Shown: one piece after another, positions 29,154-39,367 of the stretch
How positions within the stretch are numbered: the stretch's first letter is position 1
Layout: each line of letters starts with the position of its first letter
Assembly: GCA_011772965.1 (NCBI GenBank)
Contig: WVYN01000021.1
Location: 124,224 to 188,223, forward strand
DNA: 64,000 nt
Direction of reading: 5' to 3'
Origin: Gammaproteobacteria bacterium
GTDB lineage: Bacteria > Pseudomonadota > Gammaproteobacteria > Eutrophobiales > Eutrophobiaceae
Notes under the pieces: generated by a model
The model's input: the letters and a program-made list of their open reading frames with translations, nothing else
Databases searched by the model: none
What the model was told of the DNA's origin: nothing
Position numbers and translations under genes: made by a program

Positions 29154-32100
29154 CTATGAGAGCTTGTTAATAAGTTCGTCATGTATTGCCCGTGTTTCAT
29201 TTGATGGCTCGGTCTTAAGCAGGGACAAGAATGTTTTTTTGCAGCGTAAATATACTTCAATTCCATCTTCATAACGATTGAGCTTCCGGTAGCAATTCAT
29301 AAGCTTCCGGTAAAAACTTTCAGTCAATTTTTCTATTTCCAGGCTTTGTTCGTAGCAGTTAATTGCCTCATCCCATTTGTCCCTGGCTTCCAGTGAAACA
29401 GCAATTTTGCTTATACAACGCAGGTATTTATTTTTGATTTCTTCACGTGGCGTTTCGTACCAGTCTTGATTTGGTTCACCATTCATGAATGGGCCCTGGT
29501 ATAAATGATGCAGGTTCTTGATATAATTCTTGAGTTTAACAGGATCTATATTCTTGTCGGACAGCAGATTCAATTCTATTTTTGAAATTAACGCTTCAAG
29601 TGCCCAGACATCCAGCCATATATATTCTTTATTCAGACTCAGTTTGCAGTCACTGACAATAATGGCCTTATCTTCACCCAGTAATTTACGTAACCTGTGT
29701 ATAGTGGTTGTCAGGGAGCGAAGGGAATATTCATCATCCACACCGGGCCACAATGTCTTGGCAAGGATCTCTTCACCTATATTTATTCCTCCACGGGCAA
29801 TCAACGCTTTCAATAATTCAATCGGCTTGCGCTGAAGCTTTTTAACCAGGCTTATACTTTTCTTGTTTTTGAGTAAACTGAATTGGCCAAGTGTGTAAAT
29901 CTTCAGATGCCAGGGCCATTGTTCAACGATTGTGGTTGTAGGAAGTGGGGCTAGATTGCGCGTGGTTATCAGGTTTTGGACATATTCGGTTTCTATTCCC
30001 GAGATTAATGCAGTTTCGCAGAGTTTTGACATTACATCTGGTCTCCACCAGAGCGTATGCATATAACCATATTCTCTGCCTACCTGCATGGCATACTCCA
30101 GGCTTGACAGCCCGGATTGAATTCGTCCACGCTCCATTGCGATATATGAATATGATAACAATGTCATGTATTCGAGAAGCTCGTTCTTTATATCCCTGGC
30201 CATATCGTGAACAGGTTTCATGTGTTTGACTGCTTTTATCTCATCACCGTAATCATAGAGAGTTTGCCCCATGGCCAGTCTGCATAGTATTTCAAAATAG
30301 GGATTTCCGATTTCGATAGACAGCCGCAACGCCTTTTTTTGAAATTTAAACGCATTTAACTTGTCGTTTCCCAGTATCGAATACCATGCCTGAAAATAGT
30401 TAAAAAGACATAGCTCCTGGCGTCTTGCAGTCAGGTTGCTTGACTTGATTTCGCCAATAAGTTGTTCGGCAGCATCCAGCTCTCCGTTGCCGAGTACCGC
30501 GCCCAGACCGTGCACTAGCAACTGAAAATTCCAGAAATTGACACCGGATCTCTGTGAGAGTTTAAGGCCTTCACGCATAACTCTTATGCATTCTTCTGAA
30601 TTGCCAATCAACATGAAGTACATTGACTCATAATTTTTTAGTCTAATCATTTCCAATGGTGATACTTCAATTCCTGAGGCTGTCTCATATAGGGAATCAA
30701 GGATTTCCCTGGCCATGGAAAAATATCCGTCCCACATATAGGCAAGTGCAACCTGTGGCTCAACATTCAGACGGACATGGGGGTTCGCGCCGGATTCAGA
30801 TGCATTGTGTGCCCTGTCAACCCAGAATTTGATATCAGGATTATCCGGCTGACGCATTATCATGGCCATAAACAGGGAAGAAGCAACACGTGCCTCGGTA
30901 TCTTCCGGGATATTTTGATGGTGTTCATGCAAAAGCCTGTTGAGCGTATCAATCCATGGATCCAGCAGAGCCAGGTCGTCAAGTTCATACAGAATTGAAT
31001 TTATTACACCTGCTGAAGCCATAAGTACCGCCCGTACATCTTTCTTTTTCTGGATTTCAAATAAGCGATAGGCCTGTTCGTATAATCTCCTGCTTTCTCG
31101 AAGTGCAAACGGGAAACGGCATGAGGCCAGCCAGTAGACCATCCATGGATTTTTATCCATAACCTCCTTTGGTAATTCCTCGAGCCACTGTGACAGGGTT
31201 TCTCTGCGTCCGCTCTGAATCATTCTGGAAGCATACTTCACGATGATTTCCAGCATCTGCTCCCAATCCTCAATACTGATCAAGAGTTCTATGGCATCAA
31301 TAGTTTGTTCATTGGATTCCAGAAGCGTGGCCGCGTTGCTCAGGCGTTTTTGTTCATCAGGTGATTTGCTATCGTTAGTACTCAAGGCCAGAAGGAAATC
31401 GCGGAAAAGAGGATGGTACTGATAAACGATTTTCCCCGGTGTTTGTTTCGCAGTTACAAAATAATGATGGTGATTTAATTCCTCAAGAATCTTATTGGCA
31501 GCCTTTTGTTCGGATATTTCCTCTGCCATTTCTATTGTCATTCTAGGAAGACAGGCTGTTTTCAGTAAAAAGGTTTTTGTCTCCTCATCAAATTTCTGGA
31601 ATATTTCCCCGGCCAGGTAATCAAAGATGATTTGTGGGGTCAACGAGTCCGGTATTTCAGATACAAATCCCTCTGTTCTGAAATATTGAAGTAAAAGCAC
31701 AACACCTGCGGCCCAGCCCTGGGTTTTGTTATACAGTTGTTCCAATGCTTCACTCGTAAGATTGAAACCCAGTGATTTGACTATGCCATCAGTTTCAAGT
31801 CTTGTTAGTCGCAGTTCTTCCCATGAAATATTCTGTAAATTCTGGTTCGCACGAAACTTGGCCATGGAAGATGGCGGATCGGTACGGCTGATGAAAATAA
31901 CACACCCTTCAGGTGGAATTTCAGTTAGCGCATAACATATGACAGCATGAAAGTCTGAATGCGCTGGTACAGAATCATAATTATCGAAAACGATGACAAA
32001 TGGAGTTCTTAGTTTCGAATATAATTCGCGAAAATAGCTTTTTGTGAAGGTTTCAAGGTTATTGAAGTACTCCGGGAGAAATCTCGGAAGGTAATTTTTA

Positions 32101-32507
32101 TCTGATTGCGCTAGATTACTGCCAACCTGCCCGGTCAGTGTATCGAGCTTGCGTAACAGACTATGGAAGTAATAACTGGCATGCTCGGATATTGTCTCTC
32201 CAAAATCCGGTACGGTATTGACAGGGTGATGTTCCTTGGAATCTTTTAGTACTGCCAGCCCCATGTAATAAAAAAAGGTCGCGATATCCGTTTCCCCCTG
32301 ATCCACCTGGTACCACAAAAAATCTAGTTTCCTTTTATCAATGTAATCTGATACCAGGGTAGTCTTACCAGATCCTGGTGGCCCGGTTATCCAGGTTATA
32401 GACTGGTTCATTCCCTTGTCTAGTAGTGAGAAGATCCGCTCCCTGGGATAAGCCTTTTTGAGACTCGGTCGGGTAATCTTCGCAAGAGATGTCATATTCC
32501 TTTTCAT
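29154..32507 (-). CDS. MalT-like STAND/AAA ATPase with central helical/TPR-like region and C-terminal SARP module (OmpR-type winged helix + BTAD)
   Basis: N-terminal Walker A (GPPGSGKTT), WYQVDQGE (compare MalT WYSLDEGD) and Walker B (VIVFDNYD). The C-terminus (IYTLGQFSL...LWPG...SLRSLTTTIHRLRKLL...LSLNKEYIWLDVWALE then ...FYRKLMNCYRKLNRYEDGIEVYLRCKKTFLSLLKTEPSNETRAIHDEL) follows the SARP wHTH and BTAD pattern. GC is markedly lower than in the flanks. Confidence 0.75.
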   Translation of the reverse strand: MKRNMTSLAKITRPSLKKAYPRERIFSLLDKGMNQSITWITGPPGSGKTTLVSDYIDKRKLDFLWYQVDQGETDIATFFYYMGLAVLKDSKEHHPVNTVPDFGETISEHASYYFHSLLRKLDTLTGQVGSNLAQSDKNYLPRFLPEYFNNLETFTKSYFRELYSKLRTPFVIVFDNYDSVPAHSDFHAVICYALTEIPPEGCVIFISRTDPPSSMAKFRANQNLQNISWEELRLTRLETDGIVKSLGFNLTSEALEQLYNKTQGWAAGVVLLLQYFRTEGFVSEIPDSLTPQIIFDYLAGEIFQKFDEETKTFLLKTACLPRMTIEMAEEISEQKAANKILEELNHHHYFVTAKQTPGKIVYQYHPLFRDFLLALSTNDSKSPDEQKRLSNAATLLESNEQTIDAIELLISIEDWEQMLEIIVKYASRMIQSGRRETLSQWLEELPKEVMDKNPWMVYWLASCRFPFALRESRRLYEQAYRLFEIQKKKDVRAVLMASAGVINSILYELDDLALLDPWIDTLNRLLHEHHQNIPEDTEARVASSLFMAMIMRQPDNPDIKFWVDRAHNASESGANPHVRLNVEPQVALAYMWDGYFSMAREILDSLYETASGIEVSPLEMIRLKNYESMYFMLIGNSEECIRVMREGLKLSQRSGVNFWNFQLLVHGLGAVLGNGELDAAEQLIGEIKSSNLTARRQELCLFNYFQAWYSILGNDKLNAFKFQKKALRLSIEIGNPYFEILCRLAMGQTLYDYGDEIKAVKHMKPVHDMARDIKNELLEYMTLLSYSYIAMERGRIQSGLSSLEYAMQVGREYGYMHTLWWRPDVMSKLCETALISGIETEYVQNLITTRNLAPLPTTTIVEQWPWHLKIYTLGQFSLLKNKKSISLVKKLQRKPIELLKALIARGGINIGEEILAKTLWPGVDDEYSLRSLTTTIHRLRKLLGEDKAIIVSDCKLSLNKEYIWLDVWALEALISKIELNLLSDKNIDPVKLKNYIKNLHHLYQGPFMNGEPNQDWYETPREEIKNKYLRCISKIAVSLEARDKWDEAINCYEQSLEIEKLTESFYRKLMNCYRKLNRYEDGIEVYLRCKKTFLSLLKTEPSNETRAIHDELINKLS

Positions 32508-32897
32508 AATTTAATCAAGTCCCTCGAAATACTATCGGGTTTGTCCCTGTGGCAGATTATATTCCCGACAATTGTTGTTTCTCTCGATTTCAGTTCAAAA
32601 TCTTGGCTATAGGCGTTCCAAGGCCGGTATTTGGATATATTATGCCATTAATAATAGTGAATTTATCCTCAGACTGCTGCCAGGGGAGGGTGATCGGGTG
32701 ATGAATAATAATACTGGTAATCTCCTGAAATTGCATAAAATCATAGGGATAGAACGGGAAGGCGTAATGTGCAAAATATCAGCTAATATTCGTCAATTCC
32801 CTTCACGCTAGTTTTTTAAACTTGAATTACACCTTGTCATGACTTCTGGAAAAGGGAAAAATAGCTAAAAAAATCAAAAAATTTACAGGGGGAGGCA

Positions 32898-34475
32898 GTG
32901 TCTATTCAGCCTGGCAAGTCATTTACATCCTGTGTCATCAAAATACCATTCTTGAGCCTGGTGTTACCGTTATTATTCACGGCTTGCGATACGATTGGAC
33001 CGGATTTTGTAAAACCAGATGCACCGGTTTCTGAGCAGTGGATAGAAGAGCAGAGTGAGGCTATAAGCACAACAGACATTCAGGTTGATGAATGGTGGAC
33101 ACTGTTTAATGACCCCATACTAAACAGCCTCATTGCCAAGGCCCATGAAGAGAATCTTCCTCTTCAGATAGCGGGTATAAGAATTCTGGAAGCACGTGCC
33201 CAGCTTGGCATCGCAATTGGCAATCAATACCCACAATCCCAGCAAATACGCGGCGGACTTACACAGTTTCAGCTCAGTGACAACCAGGCCAATTTGCCGG
33301 CCTTTGCTGATACCTCTTTTGCAGCTGCCAACATCGGTCTGGATGTGGGCTGGGAACTGGATATGTGGGGCAAATTCAGACGTGGGATTGAGGCGGCGGA
33401 TGCCGATCTTCTGGCGTCAATCGCTGACTACGATGATGTGTTGGTCAGTTTAACGGGTAGTGTTGCCACGGCGTATATCCTGGTGTGTACTTTCCAGGAA
33501 CGTTTGAGAATTGCCAGAGATAATGTAAAGATACAACAACGTAGCCTGGATATTACTAGGGTGCGTTTTGAAAATGGTGCAACCACTGAGCTGGATGTTC
33601 AGCAAGCCAGGACACTGTTATTCGATACACAATCGACCATACCGTCACTTGAGATCGGATTAAGGCAGTCCAAAAATGCATTGAGCACATTGCTGGGTAT
33701 GCCACCGGGCAACCTGGATGATTTGCTGGGTGACCATGAAGTCATACCCTCTGCACCCGCAGAAGTGGCGATTGGTATCCCGGCGGAATTACTCAGACGC
33801 AGACCGGATGTTCGTCGCGCTGAATTGCAGGCTGCGGCTCAGAGTGCACGCATAGGTATTGCACGGGCTGCACTCTATCCTCAGTTCTCTCTGGTTGGTT
33901 CTATTGGTCTAAGTTCCAGTAATGCCTTTAATTCCGATCTTGGCGACATGTTTCAACTTAATAGTATTGAAGCCTTTGCCGGACCAAGCCTTACATGGGA
34001 TGTTTTTAATTATGGCCGGTTAAAGAATAACGTTCGGGCCCAGGACGCTCGCTTACAGCAATTGATTGTCAATTATCAGAACACAGTACTTGAGGCTTCC
34101 AGAGAGGTTGAAAACGCACTGACTGGATTCTTACGGGCCCAGGAGCGGGTGATCTTTCTTGAACAAAGTGTTGACGCGGCACAGCGCTCGGTTGACATTG
34201 CACTGTTGCAATACAGGGACGGTGTTTCGGATTATCTGGGTGTCCTGATTACCCAGAGTGAACTGATTCGAACACAGGATCTGTTGACTCAGTCACGTGG
34301 AGATATAGCCACAAATCTTGTTGATATGTATCGAGCACTGGGTGGTGGCTGGCAACTCAGGAAAGACAAAGAGATAGTGCCCAGCGAAACTCGCGAAGAA
34401 ATGATTCAACGCACCGATTGGGGAACACTGATGGATGACTTGCCAACGGCTGCGCCACAGACGGCAGATCAATAA
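32898..34475 (+). CDS. RND efflux outer-membrane factor lipoprotein (NodT family)
   Basis: Lipobox LLFTAC, two TolC-like repeats, and a GTG start after GGGGGAGG. Confidence 0.85.
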   Translation: MSIQPGKSFTSCVIKIPFLSLVLPLLFTACDTIGPDFVKPDAPVSEQWIEEQSEAISTTDIQVDEWWTLFNDPILNSLIAKAHEENLPLQIAGIRILEARAQLGIAIGNQYPQSQQIRGGLTQFQLSDNQANLPAFADTSFAAANIGLDVGWELDMWGKFRRGIEAADADLLASIADYDDVLVSLTGSVATAYILVCTFQERLRIARDNVKIQQRSLDITRVRFENGATTELDVQQARTLLFDTQSTIPSLEIGLRQSKNALSTLLGMPPGNLDDLLGDHEVIPSAPAEVAIGIPAELLRRRPDVRRAELQAAAQSARIGIARAALYPQFSLVGSIGLSSSNAFNSDLGDMFQLNSIEAFAGPSLTWDVFNYGRLKNNVRAQDARLQQLIVNYQNTVLEASREVENALTGFLRAQERVIFLEQSVDAAQRSVDIALLQYRDGVSDYLGVLITQSELIRTQDLLTQSRGDIATNLVDMYRALGGGWQLRKDKEIVPSETREEMIQRTDWGTLMDDLPTAAPQTADQ

Positions 34476-34513
34476 CACAGACACAAATATTTTATTTATA
34501 GAGAGCCGATATC

Positions 34514-35656
34514 ATGAACCTAGACAAGGAATCAGCAAACATGCAACGTTACCTTGTATTATTTACCTTGGTCTGTCCTCTGCTTTTTAGCGGAGCCTGC
34601 TCCAAAGAACAGACAGAAGAAAAGAAGATCATCAGACCCGTGAGAGCCATGCAAGTCACGGACCTGACCCAGTTCAGACTGAGACAGTTTCCGGGTATTG
34701 CAAAAGCTACCCAGGAAATTGATCTGTCTTTCCGCGTGCCTGGACGATTGATTGCACGACCCGTAAATATCGGTGATGTCGTCAAGACTGGTGACCTGGT
34801 TGCCCGCATCGATCCACGTGATTATGAGATTGAGCTTGAAAATGTCAAAGGGCAATTAGATAAAGCACGAGCTAATGCAAAACGGGCACAGTCTGAATTT
34901 GATCGGGAGATGCGTATTTTAAATCAGGATCCCGGAGCGACCAGCCAGTTGGCTGTCGAACGCAAAGAAGCTCAGCGGGATCAGGCGCGTGCAGATATCA
35001 AATCGCTGGAAGCTGCAGTTGCTGCTGCTGAGGATCGTTTGAGCTATACCTATCTCAGAGTACCCTTTGACGGAACGGTGGTTAATACATACGTTGAAAA
35101 TTTTGATGATGTTCTGGCAAAACAGGCAATCGTACGGATTCTTGATAATTCATCTATTGAGATGGTTATTAACATTCCCGAGAGTTTGATATCTCTCGCA
35201 CCGGAAGCAAAGAACATAGAAGTCGTCTTTGACGCATTTCCAGACAGGGTAATTCCGGCAGAGATCAAGGAGATTAGTACTGAAGCATCTGCCACTACAC
35301 GCACTTATCCAGTCACACTTATTATGGATCAGCCAGATGACATCAAAATTCTACCTGGTATGGCAGGAAAGGCATCAGGTGAGCCACAGACCAGTGACAC
35401 AAGCAAAATTCCCATCGGTAAACCGGTGCCATTAACAGCAATACTGTCACTGGAGGATATCAACAAGACATACGTCTGGGTCATAAATCAACAGACAAGT
35501 ACTGTAAGTAAGCGAGAAGTCAAAACCGGCAATCTTACAGATACCGGCATTATGATCACAGAGGGACTGGATTCCGACGAATGGATTGCAACTGCCGGGG
35601 TTCATTATCTTCGCGATGGTATGGAGGTTAGGATCCTGGGCGAAAAGGCGGAGTAA
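34514..35656 (+). CDS. RND efflux periplasmic adaptor (membrane fusion protein)
   Basis: Lipoprotein-like N-terminus (LFSGAC) with coiled-coil, barrel-sandwich hybrid and beta-barrel parts. Confidence 0.85.
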   Translation: MNLDKESANMQRYLVLFTLVCPLLFSGACSKEQTEEKKIIRPVRAMQVTDLTQFRLRQFPGIAKATQEIDLSFRVPGRLIARPVNIGDVVKTGDLVARIDPRDYEIELENVKGQLDKARANAKRAQSEFDREMRILNQDPGATSQLAVERKEAQRDQARADIKSLEAAVAAAEDRLSYTYLRVPFDGTVVNTYVENFDDVLAKQAIVRILDNSSIEMVINIPESLISLAPEAKNIEVVFDAFPDRVIPAEIKEISTEASATTRTYPVTLIMDQPDDIKILPGMAGKASGEPQTSDTSKIPIGKPVPLTAILSLEDINKTYVWVINQQTSTVSKREVKTGNLTDTGIMITEGLDSDEWIATAGVHYLRDGMEVRILGEKAE

Positions 35657-35660
35657 GACA

Positions 35661-38600
35661 ATGAAGCTTGCTCAGTTTGCTATCGATAACAAAACTGTTT
35701 CCTATTTTGGTTTTGTTTTACTGTTTATTGCCGGTGTAGCGAGTTTCTTCTCTTTGGGTCAACTGGAAGACCCAGATTTCACCATAAAGACGGCAGCTGT
35801 CACAACGCTTTATCCCGGCGCAAATCCTCAAGAGGTTGAACTTGAGGTCACCGACAGGATTGAGCTTGCCATTCAACAGATGAAGCAGCTCGATTATCTG
35901 GAATCATGGTCCAGGGCGGGAATGTCTGTCATCAAAGTCAACATCAAACCAGCCTATAGCACTGCAGTTATGCCGCAGATCTGGGATGAAATGCGGCGCA
36001 AGATTCGTGAAGTAGAAACAACGCTTCCTCCTGGTGCGCAACGACCCATGGTCAATGACGATTTTGGGGACGTCTTTGGTCATTTACTTGCAATTACCGG
36101 GGATGGATACAGCTATGCCGAACTTGAAGAATATGCCAAAAACCTGAAAAAGGAGCTAAGTCTGGTTGGAGGTGTAGCAAAAGTTGAGTATTGGGGAATT
36201 CAGGACAAGGTCATTTATATCAACTCCAGCCAGACACAAATCAGCCAACTGGGTATAACCAGTGCCGGGATTGAAGCGACTCTGGAACAGCAAAACACGG
36301 TAGTTGATGGAGGTAGCGTTAATGTTCAGGATCAGCGTCTTCGCATTTCCCCCACTGGTGAATTCCGCTCGCCGAGAGATATTGCAGATCTGACCATAAG
36401 ACCTACAGTACTGGATACTGCCCAGACTGCCAGATCACTATTGCCTGCTACCGATGCCAGCTCGGAATTAATACGCATCAAGGATATCGGGACTGTTACT
36501 CTCGGATACCGCGACCCGCCTGCCAAGATCATGAGATTCAACGGGCAACAGGCTATTGCACTGGCAATCAGTAATGTGCCGGGTACCAATGTTGTGACGA
36601 TGGGCAAGGCGGTTGCAAAACGACTGGATGAGTTAATACGGGAAATTCCAATCGGTCTGGAGATCCAACGTATTCACTGGCAGGCAGACATAGTTGATGA
36701 GTCTATTTCGGGATTCTTCATTAATCTTGCAGAGGCAGTCGTTATAGTTCTCGTTGTTCTGGCAGTTTCCATGGGTCTACGCATGGGAATCATCATTGGA
36801 ACGGCATTGGTCCTGACGATTCTCACAACATTTATTTTTATGGCCTTATTCGGAATTGATCTACAGCGCATGTCACTCGGAGCGTTGGTGATCGCGCTGG
36901 GAATGATGGTAGATAATTCAATCGTCGTTGCCGATGGTTTTGTAGTACGCCTGCATAAAGGGATGGATCGCGTCAAGGCTGCTATAGAGGCTGCAGCATC
37001 ACCGGCAATGCCATTATTAGGTGCAACTATTGTTGCGGTAATGGCCTTTTACCCGATTGTTGCTTCTACAGAAAATGTTGGTGAATACTGTGCAAGTCTG
37101 TTTTCGGTAGTTGCAATCTCATTGTTAGTGAGTTGGGTATTGTCAATGACCCTTACACCGATTCAGTGCATTGATATGCTCCCGGATCCTAAACCCGATG
37201 AGCAATCAGGTGAAAGCTATAATAGATCATTTTACATGTACTATCGCGGGTTACTCTTACAGGCTATCAGGCAACGTTGGCTGACCATCGGTATCATGCT
37301 TGCATTATTGATACTCTCAATAATCGGTTTCACTCAGGTAAAGCAACTGTTTTTCCCGGATTCTTCCATGACCAAGTTTATGATCGATTATTGGTCCCCG
37401 GAGGGAACACGGATTCAGAGTGTATCGAATGATCTCGAGTTGATTGAGAAAAAATTATTAAGCGATAAACGCATTGGCAGCGTGTCCAGTTTTATTGGAA
37501 GTGGCCCACCGAGATTTTATTTACCCGTGACGCCTGAGGACCCCAATCAAGCCTATGGTCAACTCATCGTCAATGTCCATGATGTGGAGGAGATTGATGA
37601 ACTCATTGAGGAACTGGCACCCTGGTTTGAAACGCGGTTCCCGGATGCACAGATTCCCATGATCAAATATGGTGTTGGTCCTGCAGAGACCTGGAAACTC
37701 CAGGCGCGTATCAGTGGTCCGGCAATCGCAGATGCTGGTGTAATACGATCTCTGGCCAACGAGAGCACTTCAATATTAGAGAAGGAGCCCCTGGCAGGGA
37801 TGGTACAGACTGACTGGCGTCAAAGAGTGTTGAAAGTTGTGCCAGTTTATAATCAGGAAAGAGGGCGCTGGACGTCGGTTACACGTACCGATCTTAGTCA
37901 GACCACAAAGCGTGCATACGATGGCCGCATTGTCGGCCAATACCGTGATGGCGATGATCTTCTGCCGATCATTCTCAGGATGGGTGATGAGGAGCGTCGT
38001 AATGTTGGAGGTCTGGATATCCTGCAAATCCAACCCGCCGTGGCGACTTATACAGTTCCGCTTTCACAGGTTACTGATAAGGTCAGTGTTCAATGGGAAG
38101 ACCCAGTGATATGGCGTCGTGACCGGAGGCGAACAATAACAGTGCAGGCTAATCCGATTCTGGGCCAGACCTTGCCTGCCTTAATGAAGAACGTGGATGG
38201 TGAGCTTGAGTCAATCAAGCTTTCGCCCGGCTATCGTTTTGAATGGGGTGGCGAGATTGAGACTTCGGCAAAATCGCAGAAGTCTCTGCTACCTGGGATG
38301 ATACCGGCATTTGTAATCATCTCTTTCATCGTTGTGGCCTTGTTTAATGCCATCAGGCCGCCGCTGATCATCGCTATAACGATACCTTTTGCTCTCATAG
38401 GAATCACAGCCGGGCTATTGGGATCGGGAGCTGCTTTCGGCTTTGTGGCCTTGCTGGGGGCGATGAGTCTGGTCGGTATGATGATCAAGAATGCCATTGT
38501 CTTGCTGGATGAGATCAATATTGAACTCGCGGCCGGAAAACAACCGCTCGATGCCGTGATGCAATCGGCCTTGTCCCGTCTGCGGCCAGTTGCCCTGGCA

Positions 38601-38762
38601 GCTGCGACTACGGTACTGGGAGTAATTCCGCTGCTTCAGGATATATTCTGGGTGGGGATGGCAGTTACCATCATGGCAGGTCTTACCTTTGGAACTGTAT
38701 TGACCATGGTGCTGGTTCCGGTGCTGTATGCGACCATGTACCGAATAAAAGTACCCGATTAA
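35661..38762 (+). CDS. RND multidrug efflux permease (HAE1/AcrB family)
   Basis: MKLAQFAIDNKTVSYFGFVLL with 12 TM segments and two large loops. The ATG at 35661 follows an AAGGCGGAG RBS and the MFP stop. Confidence 0.9.
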   Translation: MKLAQFAIDNKTVSYFGFVLLFIAGVASFFSLGQLEDPDFTIKTAAVTTLYPGANPQEVELEVTDRIELAIQQMKQLDYLESWSRAGMSVIKVNIKPAYSTAVMPQIWDEMRRKIREVETTLPPGAQRPMVNDDFGDVFGHLLAITGDGYSYAELEEYAKNLKKELSLVGGVAKVEYWGIQDKVIYINSSQTQISQLGITSAGIEATLEQQNTVVDGGSVNVQDQRLRISPTGEFRSPRDIADLTIRPTVLDTAQTARSLLPATDASSELIRIKDIGTVTLGYRDPPAKIMRFNGQQAIALAISNVPGTNVVTMGKAVAKRLDELIREIPIGLEIQRIHWQADIVDESISGFFINLAEAVVIVLVVLAVSMGLRMGIIIGTALVLTILTTFIFMALFGIDLQRMSLGALVIALGMMVDNSIVVADGFVVRLHKGMDRVKAAIEAAASPAMPLLGATIVAVMAFYPIVASTENVGEYCASLFSVVAISLLVSWVLSMTLTPIQCIDMLPDPKPDEQSGESYNRSFYMYYRGLLLQAIRQRWLTIGIMLALLILSIIGFTQVKQLFFPDSSMTKFMIDYWSPEGTRIQSVSNDLELIEKKLLSDKRIGSVSSFIGSGPPRFYLPVTPEDPNQAYGQLIVNVHDVEEIDELIEELAPWFETRFPDAQIPMIKYGVGPAETWKLQARISGPAIADAGVIRSLANESTSILEKEPLAGMVQTDWRQRVLKVVPVYNQERGRWTSVTRTDLSQTTKRAYDGRIVGQYRDGDDLLPIILRMGDEERRNVGGLDILQIQPAVATYTVPLSQVTDKVSVQWEDPVIWRRDRRRTITVQANPILGQTLPALMKNVDGELESIKLSPGYRFEWGGEIETSAKSQKSLLPGMIPAFVIISFIVVALFNAIRPPLIIAITIPFALIGITAGLLGSGAAFGFVALLGAMSLVGMMIKNAIVLLDEINIELAAGKQPLDAVMQSALSRLRPVALAAATTVLGVIPLLQDIFWVGMAVTIMAGLTFGTVLTMVLVPVLYATMYRIKVPD

Positions 38763-38890
38763 CATAATCGGAAAATATTACAATTTGGAATTTGGCAGAC
38801 CTGTTTGTTCACCGAAGAGCAATTCAGATTTTGCACAGGCCGGGCATATCATTAAGCCCTGAAAATAGTACAATAACTGTCTGTCAGGAG

Positions 38891-38917
38891 TTCTTGTACA
38901 AATATGTTCTTGTACCA
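38891..38917. repeat. Direct repeat TTCTTGTACA-N6-TTCTTGTACC upstream of nuoA (candidate regulator binding site)
   Basis: Two 10-bp units 16 bp apart; each contains the TGTACA palindrome. Confidence 0.4.
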
Positions 38918-38944
38918 ATATCATTAGCAGCCGGACCAGTGGGC

Positions 38945-38953
38945 TGATATACT
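38945..38953 (+). promoter_or_regulatory. Putative extended -10 (TGaTATACT) of the nuo promoter; candidate -35 TTAGCA 18 bp upstream
   Basis: About 46 bp upstream of the nuoA ATG. Confidence 0.25.
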
Positions 38954-38998
38954 CAAGAATCCGAGTAAAATCATAGAGGTACGTCAATAACCCCAGTT

Positions 38999-39367
38999 AT
39001 GCTTGAAAATTATTTTCCAATCTTGGTATTCCTCAGTATCGGAACCGCAATCGGCGTGGTATTGATTGGTCTTGGTCTGGTACTGGGCCGCCTGCTTGGG
39101 CATGCACGTCCTGACAGTGAGAAACAATCCCCCTATGAATGCGGTTTTGAGGCCTTTGAAGATGCCCGCATGAAATTTGATGTTCGCTATTACCTGGTGG
39201 CCATCCTGTTTATTATTTTTGACCTTGAAATTGCTTTTCTCTTTCCCTGGGCAGTGGTTCTAGATGAAATCGGAATGGCCGGATTCTGGGCTATGATGAT
39301 TTTCCTGGGTGTGCTGGTAGTCGGTTTTATTTATGAATGGCGGAAAGGTGCGCTGGAATGGGAGTAG
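38999..39367 (+). CDS. nuoA: NADH-quinone oxidoreductase subunit A
   Basis: 122 aa, 3 TM; PYECGF motif. Confidence 0.9.
   Translation: MLENYFPILVFLSIGTAIGVVLIGLGLVLGRLLGHARPDSEKQSPYECGFEAFEDARMKFDVRYYLVAILFIIFDLEIAFLFPWAVVLDEIGMAGFWAMMIFLGVLVVGFIYEWRKGALEWE

Noticed and set aside
29154-32507. Possible Avs-like antiphage STAND defence protein
   Set aside because: There is no N-terminal effector (nuclease, protease or TIR): the protein starts directly with the NTPase. The C-terminus is a DNA-binding SARP, so a transcription regulator of the MalT/AfsR type is more parsimonious.
35586-35660. Upstream extension of the RND permease ORF (MQLPGFIIF...)
   Set aside because: It overlaps the MFP gene. 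The ATG at 35661 has an RBS and gives the canonical MKLAQF start.
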